Shown piece by piece: positions 6,162-12,324 of a stretch of 12,324 nucleotides of DNA (position 1 is its first letter; each line of letters opens with the position of its first letter). The translations under genes and the position numbers were made by a program. This DNA comes from Candidatus Heimdallarchaeota archaeon. Its GTDB lineage: Archaea > Asgardarchaeota > Heimdallarchaeia > Hodarchaeales > Hodarchaeaceae. Location: positions 1,158,236 to 1,170,559 of the forward strand of contig CP070695.1 of NCBI GenBank assembly GCA_020353515.1. The letters run 5' to 3'. The notes beneath the pieces were generated by a model. It saw only the letters and a program-made list of their open reading frames with translations. It did no database searches and was not told where the DNA came from.

Positions 6162-7928
6162 ATGTCCTCCTCTTCAGTTCAAAATTTTGATGATCAAGAG
6201 AGTAAAACTGATAATGAAATTATTGAACCATCTGAAAAATCTCATATAAAACTCTTTGAGAAGTTATATAATATTCTTTTTAAAAAATATCCAATCCTCA
6301 TAATATTAATAATTGGGATAATACTAAGGATAATCGCATTCACTCGTATGCAAATATTAAAGGATGGGGCAGTGTACTCTGATATTGCATTGGGTATACT
6401 TAAACATGGAACCTTTATTTCAGCTGAAAATAACGTTCCAACTTGGGGAGAATCTTTAGTATATCCACCGTATTTAGCCTTCTTTTATAAATTTCTTGGT
6501 TTTAGTGTACTATCAACTCAACTCGCTAGTTTAATAGCTGGTATTATGGCAATTCTCGTGGTTTATCTCATCACAGCAAATATATTTGATAAACGGAAAG
6601 GGTTAATTACCGCTGCCATAATTGCTTTTACTCCTTGGATGATTATTGCAACAGCAGCGAACCTTACAGGCAATTTTGTTGTAATATTCCTATCTTTAAC
6701 ACTATGGGCTATAATAAAATCCTCTGAGAATACTAAATACCTCGCAGTAGCAGGCGTTTTTGCTACATTGACATTTTTAACAAAAACCAATATTGGCTTG
6801 AAATTCATTGTTGTGGGATTGGTTTTTTTTGTAATTTGGCAGGTCTATTACCATAAAAAGAAAATATTAAAAGACCCGTACATGATTTTCTTTATAGCAA
6901 TCATATTAATGAGTGCTTTTATACGACAATATCTGGTGGAGCTCAGGCCCGATCCTCTTTCCGAGGACCAGTATGTGACTTACCTTTTCACATCACAGGG
7001 GCTTGTACAATTGGTCATTCAGTTACCATTACATTTACTTTTACCTGCAACTTATTTTCTTTTCTTTATACCCGAAACTTACAGGGGGATTTCTGAATGG
7101 CGGAATAGGAATAATAATTTATTGATTTTTGTATTGTTAGGTGGTACTGGAATCCTCCTCATCCATGCTGTTGCACGTACCCTCATGCGTGGAGCAACGC
7201 CCTCATTTGGGTTAATGATGTCAGCGTTACCCGATGCTAGCGAGAGATATTTTACAGCATTTATCGTGCCAACAGTTTGGCTATTTTTAGGATACCTAAA
7301 ACCTTATAATAAAAATCAGCTTTCAAAAAAATGCAATAGGACGGGAATATTCCGCAGATTTACTGAGTTTGGTAGGTTCTTGATCAAAAGAAAGAAAATT
7401 TGTTTTCTATTTGCTCTTCTCATCGGGGGATTAATATTAATTTTAGTTGATTTATGGTGGGGGGTTGTGCTATGCATTGGGTCCTTTTCGATCTTTTTTT
7501 TGAGAAATGTACAATGGAGGGTTGCATTGATTGTAATCGCTTTTTTAATAGCAAGTTTTGGCAGTGTAATAGACTCCACCCAATCGATGTCATATTACAT
7601 CATGGATGATATGCATAATTATATCAGGGAAGGAGATACCATTGCAATAGATAATGTAAGTAATTTCCTTCCAATGGCCGCAAATCTATATTTCTCCGAT
7701 ATTGAAGATGTCGATTTTGTAGAGTACGATCCACAGCTACCACAATCAAAATATATCATTACGCAGGAAAATAAAACTTATGAGAATTACACGTTATTTA
7801 AAATATATAATGACACCTTTCCACCCAATCTCAGAGCTCAGATTTATACCGAGTTACGAAGAACAACCATTGATAAGGATTTTGTGTGGGAGGATGATCC
7901 CCCTATAAATGTGTGGTTAAGAAATTGA
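6162..7928 (+). CDS. GT-C-fold multi-pass membrane glycosyltransferase (ArnT / PMT family-39-like)
   Basis: More than ten hydrophobic segments; the first helix ends in ILR and is followed by a loop with DGAVY and VYPPY (D-x-x-x-Y and HPP-like motifs); also GLITAAIIAFTP, LTK and ERY motifs and a soluble C-terminal domain. Confidence 0.8.
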   Translation: MSSSSVQNFDDQESKTDNEIIEPSEKSHIKLFEKLYNILFKKYPILIILIIGIILRIIAFTRMQILKDGAVYSDIALGILKHGTFISAENNVPTWGESLVYPPYLAFFYKFLGFSVLSTQLASLIAGIMAILVVYLITANIFDKRKGLITAAIIAFTPWMIIATAANLTGNFVVIFLSLTLWAIIKSSENTKYLAVAGVFATLTFLTKTNIGLKFIVVGLVFFVIWQVYYHKKKILKDPYMIFFIAIILMSAFIRQYLVELRPDPLSEDQYVTYLFTSQGLVQLVIQLPLHLLLPATYFLFFIPETYRGISEWRNRNNNLLIFVLLGGTGILLIHAVARTLMRGATPSFGLMMSALPDASERYFTAFIVPTVWLFLGYLKPYNKNQLSKKCNRTGIFRRFTEFGRFLIKRKKICFLFALLIGGLILILVDLWWGVVLCIGSFSIFFLRNVQWRVALIVIAFLIASFGSVIDSTQSMSYYIMDDMHNYIREGDTIAIDNVSNFLPMAANLYFSDIEDVDFVEYDPQLPQSKYIITQENKTYENYTLFKIYNDTFPPNLRAQIYTELRRTTIDKDFVWEDDPPINVWLRN

Positions 7929-8076
7929 TATGTGTTTATTGTAAATAAAATGGAGTGAATGCCAATATTAGACTGTCTATTACCATTCTCCATCCACAGA
8001 GACAATAGGGAGCTTTATATTTTATAACCCCTTGGAGATATTAGCTATGGAGATGAATGACCGTATTTCTTCCTAA

Positions 8077-8086
8077 TTTATAAATA
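8077..8086 (+). promoter_or_regulatory. Archaeal-type TATA box for the GT4 gene (short-leader or leaderless transcript)
   Basis: TTTATAAATA ends 30 nt before ATG 8117, and no clear RBS lies between them. Confidence 0.62.
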
Positions 8087-8116
8087 GGCGATGACATATT
8101 AAGTGTCTGACAATCA

Positions 8117-9313
8117 ATGAATATTCTATTTCTTGCCTTGGATGTGAACATCAAGAACAAAACGGGTGACGCAGTTCATGTACAGGAACTTGCATTATCA
8201 CTCGCGAAACTGGGGAATGAAGTCAGTTTGGTGGCTCCATATACTGATGATAACTCAGAAGAGTTGATATCGCTATTAAACCATAAGAACATTCATCTGT
8301 TTTTCAACAAACCTGGCCGATATTTCCGTAATTTGTCGACAATATTGTTCTGTAGAAAAATTGCTAAAAGCCATGATTCAAAGATCATTTATGAACGTAG
8401 GTTCTCGCCCAAAACAGGTTTTGCTTTGAACAAAATATTGAAAATTCCTTTTATCGTCGAAATTAATGGTTTGAAAGATAAGGAGATGGAACTGCAAAAC
8501 ATGCCGGAGAAGTCGAATATAATACCTCGAAAGATGAAAAAATGGATATGGAGAAACTTTTTTAAATCAGTAGGACGAATCGTAACTGTTTCGTACGGCT
8601 TGAAGAAGGCTCTCTCCGAAGAATACGGTCTGCATTCAGAAAAAATAATCGTTATTTTCAATGGAGCCAATATCGAGTTGTTCAAACCAATGGACAGAAA
8701 TAAATGTTTGGAGGAACTAGGTTTAAATACAAAATTTAGATATATAGGCTTTATTGGTAGCCTTGCACCATGGCAAGGTGTCGATCAGTTAATTAAGATA
8801 GCGCCTATGATTTTAGAAAAAATTCCAGAGGCAAGGTTTTTAATCGTAGGAGATGGGATTTTGAGGCGTGAGTTGGAGGGATTAGCAGATAAATTGGACA
8901 TCAGAGATAGAATAATTTTTACAGGTTTTGTTCCGTATGAGATCGTTCCAAAATATATAAACACATTTGAGGTTTGTGTTGCACCTTTCAGTGGGATAGA
9001 AAGGAATGTTAAGTACAGTTTTTCTGCTATAAAACTCTATGAATATATGGCATGCGGAAAACCTATCGTAACAACAAATGTTTGTGGAATCAAGGATGAA
9101 ATAAAAAAACTAGGGTTGGGCAAAGTTGTTAGAGCAGATGACTTAGAGGGCCTCACATCATCTATAGTGGAGCTTTTAGAGGATCAGCAACTAAAAACCA
9201 TGCTTGGAGAAAAGGGAAGGAACTGGGTATCTAAAGAGCACAGTTGGAAGAATGTTGCCGAGAGGGTGGTAAAAGTTTGTGAAGATGTCCTGTCTGATAT
9301 CAGTCTTGTATAA
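8117..9313 (+). CDS. Family 4 (GT-B) glycosyltransferase
   Basis: Motifs G.AVHV.EL...L.KLGNEV, IVTVS, NGAN...F, FIGSLAPWQG, IVGDG, FTGFVPY and KLYEYMACGKPIV. Confidence 0.95.
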   Translation: MNILFLALDVNIKNKTGDAVHVQELALSLAKLGNEVSLVAPYTDDNSEELISLLNHKNIHLFFNKPGRYFRNLSTILFCRKIAKSHDSKIIYERRFSPKTGFALNKILKIPFIVEINGLKDKEMELQNMPEKSNIIPRKMKKWIWRNFFKSVGRIVTVSYGLKKALSEEYGLHSEKIIVIFNGANIELFKPMDRNKCLEELGLNTKFRYIGFIGSLAPWQGVDQLIKIAPMILEKIPEARFLIVGDGILRRELEGLADKLDIRDRIIFTGFVPYEIVPKYINTFEVCVAPFSGIERNVKYSFSAIKLYEYMACGKPIVTTNVCGIKDEIKKLGLGKVVRADDLEGLTSSIVELLEDQQLKTMLGEKGRNWVSKEHSWKNVAERVVKVCEDVLSDISLV

Positions 9314-9315
9314 AA

Positions 9316-9335
9316 CGAAAAATAGTTGTTTTTCG
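9316..9335 (+). terminator. Short inverted repeat right after the GT4 stop codon (possible terminator or 3'-end element)
   Basis: CGAAAAA-TAGTTG-TTTTTCG is a perfect 7-bp stem beginning 3 nt after the TAA, and it contains a T5 run. Confidence 0.4.
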
Positions 9336-9504
9336 GATGCGTTAGCATAATAATTTCTAATGAAGATTTTAGCTTCTAAAGCTAAGCTATTCAATTTTTT
9401 CTCAAGTTCAAAATTTTCAAGAAAATCATCATAAAATCATCTTAAGCCCCTAATACCAAAATGATTTAATACGAGTACGGAAATCTATTGACGGAAGTTA
9501 AGCA

Positions 9505-10860
9505 ATGTTTTCACTAGAAGAACTGTCTAAAAAGATATCTGATGGTTCAGCCAAAGTGGGCGTAATCGGTCTAGGATACGTTGGTCTACCCCTTGCTATC
9601 TTGATGTCTAAAAGATTCAAGGTTGTAGGATTTGAAAAATCTAAGGAAATTATTGAGCAACTCAAGAATGGGAAATCACCTTTCACTGATGTGACTGAGT
9701 CACTTTTAACTGAACGATTGGGAAATACCCTTCTTTTGTCCGATAATGAGAAGGATCTAGGAGATTGTGATTTTTTAATTATTTGTGTTCCTACCCCTCT
9801 TGATTATGAAAAGAAACCAGATCTTTCCTATATAAAAACAGCTTGCAGATCTATACAAACCTTCTTAAAGAAAGGGCAGTTTGTAATTCTTGAAAGCACA
9901 TCTTATCCTGGGACCACAGAGGAAATAATGATTCCTTTGTTTGAAAAAAGTGGTCTGAAAGCAGGAGAAGATTTTGGGGTAGCGTACTCACCAGAAAGGG
10001 TCGATCCGGGTAATAAGAAGTTTAAGGTAGAAAACATACCGAAGGTCGTAGGAGGGATCAACGAAACATGTACTGAGATCGCAGCAAAACTGTATGAAAG
10101 TGTATTAGAAGCCAAAGTTATCAGGACTAGAGATTGTAAAACTGCGGAAGCAGCTAAGATCGCGGAGAACATCTTCAGAGATGTAAACATAGCATTAGCA
10201 AACGAGTTGGCTCTCATATTCGAAAGGATGGGAATAAATGCATGGGAGGTCATTGATATTGCATGTACAAAACCATTTGGATTCATGCCATTTTATCCTG
10301 GCGCTGGTGTTGGCGGACATTGTATACCTCTGGATCCTTTATACCTTTCCTATCAAGCTAAAAAGTATGAATTTATTCCTCGTTTTATCGAATTGAGTGG
10401 AGAAATCAACGATTTTATGCCAATACACACGATAAACTTGTTAATAGAAGGATTAAAACGTGTAAATAAGAAAATAACTAAATCAACTATTACAATATTT
10501 GGTATCGCATATAAACGCGATGTAAAGGATACTAGGGAATCCCCTTCTCGAATTATAATTGAGCAGATAATCAGCTCAGGAGGCAATGCAAAAATATTCG
10601 ACCCATTTGCCAAGGAGATTGAAACAAAATATGGAAAATATAAATCTGAGAAAGATGCAGAGCAAGCTGTAAAAAATTCAGATGCAATAGTAATCGTTGT
10701 GGATCATACGATTTTTACAGAAGAATTTCTGTCGAATCTCATAAAAACTATGGATGAACCCGTTATCGTTGATTGCAAAAATGTATTAAAAGAAGGATTA
10801 AAAGGAATTTGCGAGGATGGAATTTATCTAGGAATAGGTAAACCCAATCATTCTGAATAA
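9505..10860 (+). CDS. wbpA: Nucleotide-sugar 6-dehydrogenase (UDP-N-acetylhexosamine dehydrogenase, WbpA/WecC type)
   Basis: Rossmann GVIGLGYVGLPLA; CVPTP, ESTSYPGTT, YSPERVDPGN, AEAAK..EN.FRDVNIALANE, KPFGF.PFYPG.GVGGHCIPLDP.YL (catalytic Cys) and AYK.DV.D.RESP. The symbol indicates closest resemblance only; GlcNAc versus ManNAc/GalNAc specificity cannot be read from sequence. Confidence 0.93.
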   Translation: MFSLEELSKKISDGSAKVGVIGLGYVGLPLAILMSKRFKVVGFEKSKEIIEQLKNGKSPFTDVTESLLTERLGNTLLLSDNEKDLGDCDFLIICVPTPLDYEKKPDLSYIKTACRSIQTFLKKGQFVILESTSYPGTTEEIMIPLFEKSGLKAGEDFGVAYSPERVDPGNKKFKVENIPKVVGGINETCTEIAAKLYESVLEAKVIRTRDCKTAEAAKIAENIFRDVNIALANELALIFERMGINAWEVIDIACTKPFGFMPFYPGAGVGGHCIPLDPLYLSYQAKKYEFIPRFIELSGEINDFMPIHTINLLIEGLKRVNKKITKSTITIFGIAYKRDVKDTRESPSRIIIEQIISSGGNAKIFDPFAKEIETKYGKYKSEKDAEQAVKNSDAIVIVVDHTIFTEEFLSNLIKTMDEPVIVDCKNVLKEGLKGICEDGIYLGIGKPNHSE

Positions 10861-10954
10861 TTTTTTAATAAAGGGGTCAATAAGGAATTTGATTGGGATA
10901 CCAAATAAATGACCAATATTCACCAAAATCTTCGTGAATAATGCTATCTTCGAT

Positions 10955-12316
10955 TCAAAGATATCCTTTTGGTGCATCAATAATTACAAACTTGTCAATC
11001 ATATCATCGTAAACCTTTTTATCATTCGATGTATAATCTATTTTTTGTATTTTTCGACCTACCACAGTATTTGATATTTTTGCTGGAATTATATATTTCC
11101 TTGGTAAAAATTCCATTGAGAAAGGGTACTCCTTTATAAAAAGAGCATTTGGGGGTTTTCTTTCTAAAATAATCTTATCATTTTCTCGTTTTAAAGAATA
11201 AATCGGGTTTATAATTGGATTTTGCAAACTTTTTTCTTGATGAAGACTCAGATATTTATATTTTTCAAATAGTTGATTGTCATTGGTACCTACCATTGTG
11301 ACTGCTTGTGAGTTTTTAATAATCTGCTCTTGATATTCTTTTGTTAAGTCCAGTTCAGCTTTTTGGATGAAATCATTTAACAAAGAGTTTTCTGGGATTG
11401 TATAGGTGCTCAACTTTTGAAATAATTTCTTCAATGTTAAAGGCTCTATAGGGAAACCCGGGCTTATGTTCTCAACAAGTGCATTGTGTAGATGGGGTAT
11501 TAGTAGGACACCATCCAATTTAATCACACGTTCTAATTCATTTGCCAATCTTGCGCGATTAGCCACGTAATGGAAGGAATCCAGCATTATAATCGAGGAA
11601 AATATCTCATCCCTGAAAGGCAGTGGATTATTTAAATCTTGGCAAATAAACTCCGCATTCCTCGCAAAATATCTTTTTGCAATCTGTAGAAGTGTATAGT
11701 CCCGATCCACACAGATTAATTTTCTTGGGGACACCTTCTTTGATACCACATGTGCTCCATGTCCTGCGCCACATCCCAAATCAAGAATTATATCGTTTTT
11801 CTTTCTTAAAAGCGGAATTAACGGGTAAATCGTCCAAAAACTGTCTGTAGAGAAACGATGTTTTAAATAATCTCCCCATGTATTCGGTTTAAGCCGATTC
11901 ATTAAATAAAAAAAGGAGATATCTTTACTGAAATATTCATTGTATCTCTTTTTCTTTTGATATCTTATGAGGGATAGAAGGGGATGTAGGGATTTCTTAA
12001 ATATACCTATACTTTTGAGCATGTAAACGAAATAAAGCAAAGCTTTATCAAGCTTTTTTTCTTCCAATGGTAAAGCAATTGCAGCGTCTTCCCTTCCTGT
12101 GCTAAGTAACTCCATTAGATATTTTGTGTTCAATATATGCTTGTCAGGAACCGGTTTTTCATACATTAAAATCCTATCTAGGATTGGATAATTACAGCAT
12201 TTACATCCTATTATTCCAGATATAATTCTATCTTTATTCCTTCTGAATATTTTTTCAACTTTAAAATTTGATTTACAATCTGGGCAAACCATAATATCTA
12301 AAGTATCAAGTTTCAT
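10955..12316 (-). CDS. Class I SAM-dependent methyltransferase with an N-terminal Trm112-like Zn-ribbon
   Basis: N-terminal MK...LDIMVCPDCK...ISGIIGCKCC.YPI.D.I (Trm112-like); central ILDLGCGAGH (motif I), CVD, ICQD....LPF.D..F and RV.K.DG.L. Confidence 0.85.
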   Translation of the reverse strand: MKLDTLDIMVCPDCKSNFKVEKIFRRNKDRIISGIIGCKCCNYPILDRILMYEKPVPDKHILNTKYLMELLSTGREDAAIALPLEEKKLDKALLYFVYMLKSIGIFKKSLHPLLSLIRYQKKKRYNEYFSKDISFFYLMNRLKPNTWGDYLKHRFSTDSFWTIYPLIPLLRKKNDIILDLGCGAGHGAHVVSKKVSPRKLICVDRDYTLLQIAKRYFARNAEFICQDLNNPLPFRDEIFSSIIMLDSFHYVANRARLANELERVIKLDGVLLIPHLHNALVENISPGFPIEPLTLKKLFQKLSTYTIPENSLLNDFIQKAELDLTKEYQEQIIKNSQAVTMVGTNDNQLFEKYKYLSLHQEKSLQNPIINPIYSLKRENDKIILERKPPNALFIKEYPFSMEFLPRKYIIPAKISNTVVGRKIQKIDYTSNDKKVYDDMIDKFVIIDAPKGYL

Positions 12317-12324
12317 CTATTCTT

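Noticed and set aside
5973-7986. Similarity of short ORF starts MVIKSLI (5973, +) and MVIDSLI (7986, -) as inverted ends flanking the GT-C gene
   Set aside because: The nucleotide match is short and patchy, with no transposase or target-site duplication; probably chance.
7959-8027. 22-codon plus-strand ORF MPILDCLLPFSIHRDNRELYIL after GGAGTGA
   Set aside because: The RBS-like motif directly abuts the ATG with no spacer, and nothing else supports it.
4304-10613. Short alternative ORFs 4304-4489, 4698-4892, 4720-4914, 4822-5019, 5180-5410, 6563-6808, 7316-7579, 8389-8685, 9191-9394, 9498-9686, 9903-10286 and 10353-10613
   Set aside because: All are nested in or largely antisense to strong CDS calls and lack independent start signals or motifs.

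Overview
AT-rich window made up entirely of a surface-glycan (cell-envelope polysaccharide or protein glycosylation) biosynthesis and tailoring locus. It is probably archaeal: TTTATAAATA TATA boxes lie about 30 nt upstream of two ATGs, and GGTGA/GAGGTGA ribosome-binding motifs precede two starts. Ten credible CDS: a 5'-truncated UPF0104/LPG-synthase-TM flippase-like protein (+); a minus-strand run of membrane-anchored GT2, DUF3473/PEP-CTERM-type polysaccharide deacetylase, FemAB-like GNAT, B12-binding radical SAM and hexapeptide acyltransferase; a divergent plus-strand run of GT-C (ArnT/PMT-like), GT4 and WbpA-like nucleotide-sugar dehydrogenase; and a Trm112-like/class I SAM methyltransferase fusion (-). 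The main hypothesis (inference) is an ArnC/ArnD/ArnT-like lipid-carrier pathway extended with a FemAB-type, possibly aminoacyl-tRNA-dependent, transferase and a cobalamin radical-SAM enzyme. Directly visible oddities are a tandem duplication of the GT2 membrane domain, roughly 22-bp phased GGTG(AT) boxes in the divergent promoter, and a cluster of N-glycosylation sequons on the GT-C tail. No rRNA, tRNA, CRISPR array or mobile element was seen. All family calls come from motif recognition, not database searches.
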